From Patescibacteria group bacterium (GTDB lineage Bacteria > Patescibacteriota > Minisyncoccia > Phycocordibacterales > Phycocordibacteraceae), in the NCBI GenBank assembly GCA_040388985.1, contig JAZKAU010000001.1, positions 123,359 through 187,358 on the forward strand: DNA of 64,000 nt, given 5' to 3'. A model generated the notes under the pieces. It was not told the origin of the DNA. It worked only from the letters and a program-made list of their open reading frames with translations, and did not search any database. Position numbers and translations under genes: made by a program. Below, piece after piece: positions 36,210 through 44,584 of this stretch (position 1 is the stretch's first letter; every line of letters starts with the position of its first letter).

Positions 36210-36965
36210 ATGGCGGACGACGTACTTACTCAGCCGGCACCCTCTACGGGATTCCTGGTGCGTACCGATGCCTTCGAGGGACCGCTCGAGCTTATTCTCG
36301 ACCTTATCGAGAAGCGTAAGCTTCTCGTGAACGAGCTATCGCTCGCGCAGGTGACCGACGACTTCATCGCGCATGTCCGCAGCGGGGAGTCTTTCCCGAT
36401 GGAGGACGCTGCGAATTTCATCGGCGTGGCAGCGACGTTGCTCCTCATAAAGAGCCGCTCACTCCTTCCTGAGCTCGAGCTCTCGAACGACGAGGAAGAG
36501 GATGTCGATGACCTGAAGCGTAGGCTCGAGCTCTACGAGAAGGCTCGGGCAGCCTCGCGCGCACTTTCACGCATCTTCGGTCGTGCCGTCATGCAGCCGC
36601 GCGGCGAGCGGGCTCCTGAAGCCGTATTCGCGCCTTCGCGCGACCTCTCTATCGCGACGCTCGAGAGCGCGCTGCGCGACGCACTCGCTACCCGCGAAGC
36701 TGAAGTGAAGCTGCCGGAAGCGCGTATCCGCCCCCTCGTCTCCATCGAGGAAATGATGGATACGCTACGTACCCGCGTCGAGCGCGCAATGTCTCTCTCA
36801 TTCAAGGAGTTCACGGGCGACCGTACCGAACGCGTCGAGGTTATCGTCTCTTTCCTAGCGCTCCTTGAGCTCGTCAAGCAGGGAACCGTCGACGCTGCGC
36901 AAAATGGACATTTCAATGATATTCAGATAACGAATATGGCGGCATTCACTCCTCGGTACGGCTAG
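36210..36965 (+). CDS. scpA: Segregation and condensation protein A
   Basis: FEGPLELILDLIEKRKLLVNELSLAQVTDDFIAHV is the ScpA N-terminal signature. Confidence 0.8.
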   Translation: MADDVLTQPAPSTGFLVRTDAFEGPLELILDLIEKRKLLVNELSLAQVTDDFIAHVRSGESFPMEDAANFIGVAATLLLIKSRSLLPELELSNDEEEDVDDLKRRLELYEKARAASRALSRIFGRAVMQPRGERAPEAVFAPSRDLSIATLESALRDALATREAEVKLPEARIRPLVSIEEMMDTLRTRVERAMSLSFKEFTGDRTERVEVIVSFLALLELVKQGTVDAAQNGHFNDIQITNMAAFTPRYG

Positions 36966-36975
36966 CAAGAGCAGT

Positions 36976-37298
36976 ATGCTTGAAGGAACTGTCATTGAAA
37001 ATAGTTTGAGTGATACAAGCATTCTAGAGAAGCTAGATGTTCTAAAAAGTTGGTCGGCAGGCGATTGGAACCTGCATCAGGTTCGACTGAGCAGAGAAGA
37101 TACTATCAAGCTTGGCACCTATCTCGCTCTTGGACCGTGGTATATGCATTTCTGGGAGCCTGGAAGAGACGACATGTTGGTCGTGTCAAAGAAAAGACAT
37201 TTGATATCAAGCATTCGGACACTTCGACGTGGAAAGATGCCATTGCATACGGAATATCTGTCGGCATTCCGGAAGAACAACTTGATTTCCTAAGATAA
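36976..37298 (+). pseudogene. Low-GC small gene with an apparent frameshift near 37185-37200 (homopolymer-rich AAAGAAAAG); hypothetical, possibly horizontally acquired
   Basis: Frame A, from the ATG at 36976, reads MLEGTVIENSLSDTSILEKLDVLKSW...WYMHFWEPGRDDMLVV and then degenerates into a basic tail. Frame B, from about 37195, reads KEKTFDIKHSDTSTWKDAIAYGISVGIPEEQLDFLR and ends at 37298. The DNA is visibly AT-richer than its flanks. Confidence 0.4.
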
Positions 37299-37358
37299 AG
37301 AAAGGAGGCCCCGGATTTCCGAGGCCCCCTGTTGACGCGGGTGGCTGAACTTGTTGGA

Positions 37359-37643
37359 TCAGTTGGCGCGCCGGCGGCGGACGATGGCGATCTGACGACG
37401 ACCGTTGACGATCACTCCGTTCAGCTCGTCGCTGCAGTTCGTCTGGACATTCCACGCGTTGCAGCGGCTCACCATCTGAGTCGACTGCTGGCTTGCCTGG
37501 TCGCGGCATGCGCGCAGCTGCGGATCGCTCTGGCAAATCTCCGGGTTGTTCCGGACGCGCATCTGGCTCGAGAACTGCGCGGAAGCCGGACTTGCCCAGA
37601 GGGCGACCGAAGAAACGGCAACAATTATGAAGGTGCGAAGCAT
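37359..37643 (-). CDS. Small secreted Cys-containing protein (94 aa), hypothetical
   Basis: AAGGGAG lies before the ATG at 37643. Signal peptide MLRTFIIVAVSSVALWASPASA. Four Cys. Convergent with the preceding gene across a hairpin at about 37300-37325. Confidence 0.5.
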   Translation of the reverse strand: MLRTFIIVAVSSVALWASPASAQFSSQMRVRNNPEICQSDPQLRACRDQASQQSTQMVSRCNAWNVQTNCSDELNGVIVNGRRQIAIVRRRRAN

Positions 37644-37807
37644 CAGGATTCTCCCTTTTCCTCATCAGCGAGGGTACGTAATTAAGATACAGCATTAAAT
37701 GGATATTGTCAATAGTCTATGGAAAAGTGGTAATCCCGGACGAGTTCGCTGTTCTTCGAAAAACTACGTGGTTCAAGGAGGTACTTTGAGGTATTATAAA
37801 GGCCATT

Positions 37808-38371
37808 ATGGCGTTATCGCTTCCGCACACGCTCCAAGCGCTTCTCTTCGCTTCAGGTGAGGCGATGCCGAAAAAGCAGATACTCACTCTGCTTGAGATT
37901 CCTGAGGACATGCTTGCCGCGGCAATTCATGAGCTGGCAGGTGAGCTCGAAGGCACCGGCCTCGCCCTTATCGAGACCAGTATGGAACTCGAACTGCGCA
38001 CGAGTCCAGCGGCGGCAGGAGTCGTTGACAAGCTCCGCAAGAATGAGCTCTCGCGAGATCTGGGCAAGGCTGGCCTCGAGTCGCTTGCCATAATCCTCTA
38101 CCAGAACGGTGCGACCCGCAGCGAGGTGGACTATGTGCGGGGCGTGAACTCGACGGCAGCGCTGCGCTCTTTGCTCATGCGCGGGCTCGTAGAACGTTCT
38201 ATCGACGCCACAGACCGCAGACGCGCGCGCTATACGGCAAGCGTGGACGCGCTCGCGCATCTGGGTCTCTCGCGGATGCAGGATTTGCCGAACTTTACCG
38301 AGCTCGCGGGCACGCTTGCCGCGCATCAAGCGGCGAACGAAGAGGCGATTCTTGAAGCTGAAGCAGTATGA
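37808..38371 (+). CDS. scpB: Segregation and condensation protein B
   Basis: Winged-helix pattern LQALLFASGEAMPKKQILTLL...SRDLGKAGLESLAIILYQNGATRSEVDYVRGVNS, typical of ScpB. Confidence 0.8.
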   Translation: MALSLPHTLQALLFASGEAMPKKQILTLLEIPEDMLAAAIHELAGELEGTGLALIETSMELELRTSPAAAGVVDKLRKNELSRDLGKAGLESLAIILYQNGATRSEVDYVRGVNSTAALRSLLMRGLVERSIDATDRRRARYTASVDALAHLGLSRMQDLPNFTELAGTLAAHQAANEEAILEAEAV

Positions 38372-39345
38372 GCGTAGCGAAGGGCCGGTCCTCGGGCCGA
38401 AGCATGTTCTGGCAGTTGTTTACGGTTACGGTAGTACTCGGCGGTCTCCTCCTGCTTGCAGGCGGGTTCTTGCTTTACGGCAAGCAGGGCACTGCCACAA
38501 CTGTCGAATCGGTCGCCACGACGACGCCCATACAGGCTGAGATCCCTAATGCCTTCGCCGGCATGCACATCTCCGGACAGGCGGCCATCGTTGTCGACCT
38601 TACGACCGGTCAGACGCTGTACGCCCAGAACGCGGACACCCAGCTTCCGCTGGCCTCGCTGACCAAACTCCTCACCATATACGCGGCGAGCGGCATGCTT
38701 TCTCCTTCCTCTATCGTTACCATCTCAAGCACATCGCTCGCGCAAGATGGCGAGAGCGGATTCACGGAAGGAGAGACATTCGCGTATAAGGACATCGCGC
38801 GGCTCGCGCTCGTGGCCTCGTCCAACGACGCCGCCGAAGCGATAGCGGAAGCGGCAGAAGCTGGGCGCTACAGTTCGGATGAGGAGCTCCTGGCAAACGC
38901 GGCTACGGCAGCAGGACTCTCGAAGACCTACGCGCATAACGGCACGGGACTTGATGTAAGCACCCAGGTCTCCGGCGGCTACGGCACCGCCCGCGACGTC
39001 GCGAAGCTTGCGGCCGGACTGCTCAAGAAAGCGCCCGCAATCGCCACCGCGACTACGGCCTCTTCCATAACGGTTCGCTCGACGGCGGGCGTCGCGCACA
39101 CGCTTCCCAATACGAACCCCGATATCGCGCTGCTTCCGGGCGTGCTCATGTCGAAGACCGGCTATACGGATCTGGCCGGAGGGAATCTCGTCGTCATATT
39201 CGACGCAGGCATTGATCACCCGGTCGCCGTCGTGGTCCTCGGATCCACCCGAGAAGCAAGATTTACGGACGTCGAGCGCCTTATGCACGCGACGCTCGCG
39301 CATTTCGCGGGCCTGACCGGCCTTGCCGGCAAGCCCGCGGCCTAG
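38368..39345 (+). CDS. D-alanyl-D-alanine carboxypeptidase (S11, PBP5-like) with N-terminal membrane anchor
   Basis: ATGA overlap with scpB. Carries SLTKLLT (SxxK), SSND (SxN) and KTGYT (KTG). Confidence 0.75.
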   Translation: MSVAKGRSSGRSMFWQLFTVTVVLGGLLLLAGGFLLYGKQGTATTVESVATTTPIQAEIPNAFAGMHISGQAAIVVDLTTGQTLYAQNADTQLPLASLTKLLTIYAASGMLSPSSIVTISSTSLAQDGESGFTEGETFAYKDIARLALVASSNDAAEAIAEAAEAGRYSSDEELLANAATAAGLSKTYAHNGTGLDVSTQVSGGYGTARDVAKLAAGLLKKAPAIATATTASSITVRSTAGVAHTLPNTNPDIALLPGVLMSKTGYTDLAGGNLVVIFDAGIDHPVAVVVLGSTREARFTDVERLMHATLAHFAGLTGLAGKPAA

Positions 39346-39353
39346 GGTGTAGA

Positions 39354-40424
39354 ATGAGCTATACGATGGTATTCTTCGACGCTGCCAGAGTGCTCATTCC
39401 CTTCGTGATCTCGTTTGCCGTGGGTATCGGCGGTGCTCCGGTACTTACGCACTACCTCTACAAACATAAAGTGTGGAAGAAGAAGACGGGGAAGAACGCA
39501 CTTGATGGGAAACTGGCGAGCGAATTCAACAAATTGCATCAGGAACGCGAAGGGTATACGCCGCGTATGGGCGGCATCCTTATATGGGGTTCTGTGCTCA
39601 TCACCGCCATACTTATCGCGTTTTGCGGACTGTTCAACGAATCGCTCGCGCGGCTCGACTTCGTGAACCGCGGCCAGACCTGGCTTCCTATCTTCGCGCT
39701 TCTGTCAGGCGCTATAGTGGGCTTCGCTAACGACGTACTCGATGTCGTTACCCACGACGCGCGCGGCATCAGCCTGCGCTATCGTCTTATCGCCGTTGCT
39801 ATCATCTCGGGAGTGGCTGGCTGGTGGTTCTACGCCAAGCTCGGTGTCATGGGAGTGGGCGTGCCGTTCCTCGGCGTGATACCGCTCGGCATCTTTTTCA
39901 TAGCGTTCTTCATCTTCGTAGCCCTCGTCCTCTACGCAAGCGGCGTCATCGACGGCATCGACGGCCTGGCTGGCGGCGTCTTCGCCATCATCTTCATGGC
40001 GTACGCGGGCATCGCCTTCGCGCAGAATCAGGTGGCGCTTGCAGGTTTCGCAGCAACAGTTGCAGGCGCGCTCTTCGCCTTCCTCTGGTTCAATGTTCCC
40101 CCCGCACGCTTCTGGATGACGGAGACCGGCACGATGGCGCTGACGCTTGCCCTTACCGTGACCGCCTTCTCGGCCGACTCGCTCGGCGACGGGGTAGGGG
40201 TGTCGGTGCTTCCCATTATCGCCTTTCCGCTATTTGCGACGGTGGCGAGCAACGCGCTCCAGATATTCTGGAAGAAAGTATTCAAGAAGAAGCTTTTCCG
40301 CATCGCGCCTATCCATCACCATTTCGAGGCTATCGGCTGGCCGTCGTATAAGGTCGTGATGCGCTACTGGATCGTCACAATAATCGCGGGAATGTTCGGG
40401 GTTGCCGTGGCGCTCCTCAAATAA
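39354..40424 (+). CDS. mraY: Phospho-N-acetylmuramoyl-pentapeptide transferase
   Basis: Polytopic membrane protein with DDxxD-type segment FANDVLDV, DGIDGLAGG and APIHHHFE, which are MraY signatures. Confidence 0.9.
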   Translation: MSYTMVFFDAARVLIPFVISFAVGIGGAPVLTHYLYKHKVWKKKTGKNALDGKLASEFNKLHQEREGYTPRMGGILIWGSVLITAILIAFCGLFNESLARLDFVNRGQTWLPIFALLSGAIVGFANDVLDVVTHDARGISLRYRLIAVAIISGVAGWWFYAKLGVMGVGVPFLGVIPLGIFFIAFFIFVALVLYASGVIDGIDGLAGGVFAIIFMAYAGIAFAQNQVALAGFAATVAGALFAFLWFNVPPARFWMTETGTMALTLALTVTAFSADSLGDGVGVSVLPIIAFPLFATVASNALQIFWKKVFKKKLFRIAPIHHHFEAIGWPSYKVVMRYWIVTIIAGMFGVAVALLK

Positions 40425-40428
40425 CGAC

Positions 40429-40527
40429 GAGTCGCTCGGCTTTAAGAATAAAAGCGCCGTTCCGCATAGGAATGCTGCACTTGGCAATCCTGAACCGCTT
40501 TTATTCTTAAAGCCTCGCTCCCGACGG
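40429..40527 (+). repeat. Copy 1 of a 100-nt intergenic element: an AT-rich 16-18-bp stem enclosing a conserved 46-nt core. It begins 5 nt after the mraY stop codon
   Basis: GAGTCGCTCGGCTTTAAGAATAAAAGCG-core-CGCTTTTATTCTTAAAGCCTCGCTCCCGACGG. It is about 92% identical to 59709-59805. The stem differences between the two copies are compensatory and keep the pairing. Confidence 0.6.
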
Positions 40528-40636
40528 TGAATCCTGTCTCGGATTTGCCTTGACAGAATGATTTAAATGGCGTATGTTGCTGTCGGGAAGTTGCCGGAGG
40601 TCCGACAACTCAAAATAAGCTCGGGAGGGCTTACAA

Positions 40637-41047
40637 ATGCGTACATCTCTGCTCTTGGCTACCGCACTCTCGGTCAGCGTCGCCGGCTTCGCATTCGCGG
40701 CATCTGGCGGCATTTCCTCCTCGAAGGAGGAGCCACTCACCGCCAAGCAGGCTGCGCTGGCTGCGCAGTTCAAGACCGCGCCCGAGCGCAGCATCGTGCT
40801 GTTCGACGAGAACAGCACGACGGGGTATGCCCTCGTCTGCAAGTCCACCAAGGCCGACCCGGTTCGCCTGGCCTATGTCGGCTTCTTCGGGACCTCTCCC
40901 TGCGGGATGCGGCACCTGAAGTCGTGGGTGGAAGCCGTCCAGAGGGATCCCGTCAAGAAGATCATCACGCCGACCGATCCCGAATATTCGGGGCTGCTCG
41001 AGCGGCGGACGATGCATCTGCTCGGCGAGGACGAGGCGCCACAATAA
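40637..41047 (+). CDS. Secreted hypothetical protein (136 aa) inserted between mraY and ftsW
   Basis: TTGACA n17 TATGTT promoter-like hexamers at about 40549-40577. GGGAGG lies before the ATG at 40637. Signal peptide MRTSLLLATALSVSVAGFAFA. Confidence 0.55.
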   Translation: MRTSLLLATALSVSVAGFAFAASGGISSSKEEPLTAKQAALAAQFKTAPERSIVLFDENSTTGYALVCKSTKADPVRLAYVGFFGTSPCGMRHLKSWVEAVQRDPVKKIITPTDPEYSGLLERRTMHLLGEDEAPQ

Positions 41048-41230
41048 CACCCCCGACGGCTGAGGCCGTCGAAGAAGGGCCGGATGACAATAGTCACCGG
41101 TCCTTGGAGTTTCTATAGGAAGATATGATGTCAGGCACCTTTTCTTTACTTAGGCTTGACAATCTAAATAATATGTAATAGTATTTACTTTAGGAGCTTC
41201 CTTGTCTGGGGGCAAAGGTGTGAGGGAAAT

Positions 41231-41533
41231 ATGACCGCAATCTATGACAATCGTCCGCTTCCGTCGCTGGCACGGGCAATGCGCAATTTCTACGACTATT
41301 TCGGCGTGTCCGCATTCTGCACGCGCGCGAAGATCGTGAAGAAGGAGCGGGTCAACGCCTGGTTCGGCGGCTGGATCTACAACCAGATTCACGTCGAAAT
41401 CAGCGAGGGGCAGATCTGCGTGATCAACGTGGGCCGGAACGCCTATTACGAGCTCAGGGAGGGCGATATGATCCCGGTCAAGTACCGCGAGAATCGTCAC
41501 CGCGCCGACAAGACTCAGGTCTGGCGCCTCTGA
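41231..41533 (+). CDS. Hypothetical protein (100 aa)
   Basis: TTGACA n17 TAGTAT promoter-like sequence in an AT-rich spacer (41150-41200). GAGGGAAAT ATG at 41231. A hairpin with T-run follows at 41549-41610. Confidence 0.45.
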   Translation: MTAIYDNRPLPSLARAMRNFYDYFGVSAFCTRAKIVKKERVNAWFGGWIYNQIHVEISEGQICVINVGRNAYYELREGDMIPVKYRENRHRADKTQVWRL

Positions 41534-41693
41534 CGCTCACCAACTCCGCCGCTCGATCTAGTGGAAGCCCTCGCTCCCATTCTGGATCGAGCGGCTTCTG
41601 CTATTTATTTATAGAATGAAAGACGTGGTCAAGAAAGATATCAGGCACTTTTGCTACGTATAACGTTCCGTTCGCCTGGTATGATAGGAAGCA

Positions 41694-42803
41694 ATGAAGC
41701 TGTCAGGAGATCGGATCTTTAGCATTATCGTACTGGTGCTCGTGATAGGGGGTATCGCGCTGTTCTCGTCGGCCGCGCTCGGTCTCCTGGCGCGTGTCGA
41801 CTCTTCTCCGTGGAAGCTCGTCATCTCTCAGATAGGTTTGGGGCTCGTTCCAGGATTTATCTTTTTGGCGATACTGCGCTTTATGCCTCCTAAGCGGCTC
41901 GCTGCCATGGTCATGCCGCTCTATATCGTGAGCATACTTCTGGCGCTCTTGGTCTTCGTGCCGCACGTAGGACTCGAGCTTAACGGAGCGCGCAGGTGGA
42001 TAAATCTGGGATTCACGACCTTCCAGCCAGCTGAGCTCATGAAGATATCGGTGCTGCTCATGCTCGCCAGTTATCTGGCGCATGCGAAAGATAAGGTCAA
42101 GGACTTGCGGCACGGTCTCCTGGCCTTCGGCATCATCGTGGGTATTCCGTGCGCGCTGCTGCTGGCGCAGCCCAATACGTCTACCGTTCTCATCATCGGC
42201 GCGAGCGGAGCCGCCGTCTACTTTCTATCGGGCGCGCCCTGGCGCGACTTCGCCATCATGGGAGTCGGAGCGCTCGTCTTGCTTACGGCGCTCATCTTCA
42301 TGCGTCCGTACCTGAAGGATCGGGTACTGACGTTCATCCATCCGTCGAACAACGCGCAGACGAGCGGCTATCACATACAGCAATCGCTCATCGCCATCGG
42401 TTCGGGCGGCATCGCGGGCCGCGGTTTCGGACAGAGCGTTCAGAAATTCAACTACTTACCGGAAGCTGAGAGTGACTCCGTCTTCGCCGTCTACGGAGAG
42501 GAATTCGGCTTTATCGGTGCTGTGCTCCTGGTCCTGCTCTTCGTAGCATTTGCCATGCGTGGACTCATGATCGCGAGCGAGGCGTCGACCATGTTCGGCT
42601 CGCTTACCGCTACCGGCCTCACGCTCCTCATCACGTTTTCAGCATTCCTTAATATCGGCGCACTGCTCGGCATCCTGCCGCTCACGGGCCTTCCGCTTCC
42701 GTTCATCAGTCACGGCGGTACCGCGCTCATGGCAGCGCTCGCCTCGGTGGGTATCATCCTCAACGTCGCGGCTCATCGCACCAAGAAGCGAGCGATGGCA
42801 TAA
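41694..42803 (+). CDS. ftsW: SEDS-family peptidoglycan glycosyltransferase FtsW (FtsW/RodA)
   Basis: Ten-TM SEDS pattern with INLGFTTFQPAE, QSLIAIGSGGIAGRGFGQS and PLPFISHGG. Lies in the cell-division and cell-wall (dcw) gene cluster between mraY and murG. Confidence 0.8.
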   Translation: MKLSGDRIFSIIVLVLVIGGIALFSSAALGLLARVDSSPWKLVISQIGLGLVPGFIFLAILRFMPPKRLAAMVMPLYIVSILLALLVFVPHVGLELNGARRWINLGFTTFQPAELMKISVLLMLASYLAHAKDKVKDLRHGLLAFGIIVGIPCALLLAQPNTSTVLIIGASGAAVYFLSGAPWRDFAIMGVGALVLLTALIFMRPYLKDRVLTFIHPSNNAQTSGYHIQQSLIAIGSGGIAGRGFGQSVQKFNYLPEAESDSVFAVYGEEFGFIGAVLLVLLFVAFAMRGLMIASEASTMFGSLTATGLTLLITFSAFLNIGALLGILPLTGLPLPFISHGGTALMAALASVGIILNVAAHRTKKRAMA

Positions 42804-42810
42804 TTACCAA

Positions 42811-43239
42811 ATGAAAATCGGCATCGACTACATCGGAGTGACCGTAACCTTCATCTGCCATGACGGGGAAGGGAACTATCTTTTTAACAAGAGGAGTACG
42901 AACTGCCGCGACGAACACGGCGCGTGGGACCCGGGCGGAGGTAAGTTAGAGCTACATGACACAGTTATAGGGACGCTTAAAAAGGAGATAGCGGAAGAGT
43001 ATTGCACCGACGTGCTTGAGCAGGAGTTCCTCGGCTACCGGGACATCCATCGCGAGCATGGAGGCGTGAGGACTCACTGGGTAGCGCTTACATTCAAGGT
43101 ACAAGTGGACCGCAGCAAGGTACGCAACGGCGAGCCGCACAAATTCGACGAAATCGAGTGGTTTACCCTAGACAATCTCCCTCAGCCGCTCCACTCCCAA
43201 TTTCCGTACTTCCTGGAGCAGTTCCGCGACAAGCTGTAA
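42811..43239 (+). CDS. NUDIX hydrolase
   Basis: Nudix box GGKLELHDTVIGTLKKEIAEE (GX5EX7REUXEE-like). Confidence 0.7.
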   Translation: MKIGIDYIGVTVTFICHDGEGNYLFNKRSTNCRDEHGAWDPGGGKLELHDTVIGTLKKEIAEEYCTDVLEQEFLGYRDIHREHGGVRTHWVALTFKVQVDRSKVRNGEPHKFDEIEWFTLDNLPQPLHSQFPYFLEQFRDKL

Positions 43240-43308
43240 TTCCGATACTGGTGTCCCTGTGCGCCTGAAGTCGTGTTTGCAGGAATATACCACCGGCTCC
43301 CAGCCCGC

Positions 43309-43391
43309 CTTAGAGGTGCTCTAGCGAAAGCGGATAGTCGCGAGCAGGTATACCCTCGCAGCGAGCTATCCGCGAGAGCAGCACCTCTAAG
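43309..43391 (+). other. Nested inverted repeat (12-bp perfect outer stem; 8+5-bp inner stem with palindromic apical loop) between the NUDIX gene and murG
   Basis: Outer stem CTTAGAGGTGCT ... AGCACCTCTAAG. Inner stem GCGGATAG t CGCGAG / CTCGC agcg AGCTATCCGC, with apical caGGTATACCct. Confidence 0.45.
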
Positions 43392-43429
43392 ACATGCTTT
43401 CTAACGGATGGTATAATGACGTAAACGCT

Positions 43430-44581
43430 ATGAAGATCGCATTTACGGGAGGGGGGACCGGAGGACATTTCTATCCCATCATCGCCGTGGCCGAAGCCGT
43501 CCACGTTCTCGTGGCCGAGCAGCGCCTTATCGCGCCCTCGCTCGTCTACATCTCACCCACACCCTTCGACGAGCAGGCGCTCTTCCAGAACGACATCAGC
43601 TACATCAAGAGTCCGGCAGGGAAGATGCGGCGCTATTTCGCTATCTCGAACATTACCGACTTCTTCGTAACCATCTGGGGCGTCATCTGGACGTTCTTCG
43701 TGCTGCTTCGCGAGCCACCCGATGTTATCTTCTCCAAGGGCGGCTACGCGAGCGTACCTACGGTGATGGCTGCGCATCTGCTGGGCATTCCTATAGTCAT
43801 CCATGAATCCGACTCGAAGCCGGGCCGCGCGAACCTGCTCGGAAGCAAATATGCAGAACGTATTGCCATCACCTTCGAGAGCTCTATCCCATATTTCCCG
43901 GAGAAGGCTCGGAGCAAGATAGCGCTGACCGGCATTCCGATACGGCAGGCGCTCGCGCATCCGCTTCCTGAAGGCGCAGCTCAAGAACTCGGTCTGGACT
44001 CCTCCGTTCCGACCGTGCTTATCCTCGGCGGCTCGCTCGGCTCCCGTCGCATCAACGAGACGGTACTCGCAGGACTTCCATCCATCGTCGAAGGCGCGAA
44101 CGTCATCCACCAGACCGGGAAGGACAACTTCGTTGAGACCGAGTCCACCGCAAAGGTCATCCTCGAGAATAGTCCGTATAAGGCTCGGTATCATGTCTTC
44201 CCGTATCTCTCGCAGGAATCACTTCGCGAGGCTGCAGGAGCGGCTGCAGTCGTGGTCTCACGCGCAGGCGCGACCGCCATCACCGAGATCGCGCTCTGGA
44301 AGAAGCCAGCCATCCTGGTTCCGATTCCAGAGTCAGTCAGCCACGACCAGCGCACGAATGCCTATGCCTATGCCCACACCGGCGCTGCGGTCGTGCTCGA
44401 GGAAGATAATATGGCGCCGCACATCCTCGCCTCAGAGATCCACCGCATCGCGAGCGACCTGGCCCTACGCGCTCGTATGAGCGAGCACAGTGCTGCCTTT
44501 GCGAACCCTAACGCCGCCCGACTCATCGCCGAGGAGCTGCTACGCATCTCGCTCGCGCATCAGCCTAAGCCCAAAGCATAG
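43430..44581 (+). CDS. murG: Undecaprenyldiphospho-muramoylpentapeptide beta-N-acetylglucosaminyltransferase
   Basis: MKIAFTGGGTGGHFYP (G-rich loop) and a GT28 C-terminal domain. A TATAAT box lies at 43408-43413. The track start at 43394 is less likely. Confidence 0.85.
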   Translation: MKIAFTGGGTGGHFYPIIAVAEAVHVLVAEQRLIAPSLVYISPTPFDEQALFQNDISYIKSPAGKMRRYFAISNITDFFVTIWGVIWTFFVLLREPPDVIFSKGGYASVPTVMAAHLLGIPIVIHESDSKPGRANLLGSKYAERIAITFESSIPYFPEKARSKIALTGIPIRQALAHPLPEGAAQELGLDSSVPTVLILGGSLGSRRINETVLAGLPSIVEGANVIHQTGKDNFVETESTAKVILENSPYKARYHVFPYLSQESLREAAGAAAVVVSRAGATAITEIALWKKPAILVPIPESVSHDQRTNAYAYAHTGAAVVLEEDNMAPHILASEIHRIASDLALRARMSEHSAAFANPNAARLIAEELLRISLAHQPKPKA

Positions 44582-44584
44582 CGT

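Noticed and set aside
39824-40351. 175-aa plus-strand ORF in an alternative frame of mraY
   Set aside because: It is an Arg/His-rich frame inside the strongly supported mraY gene.
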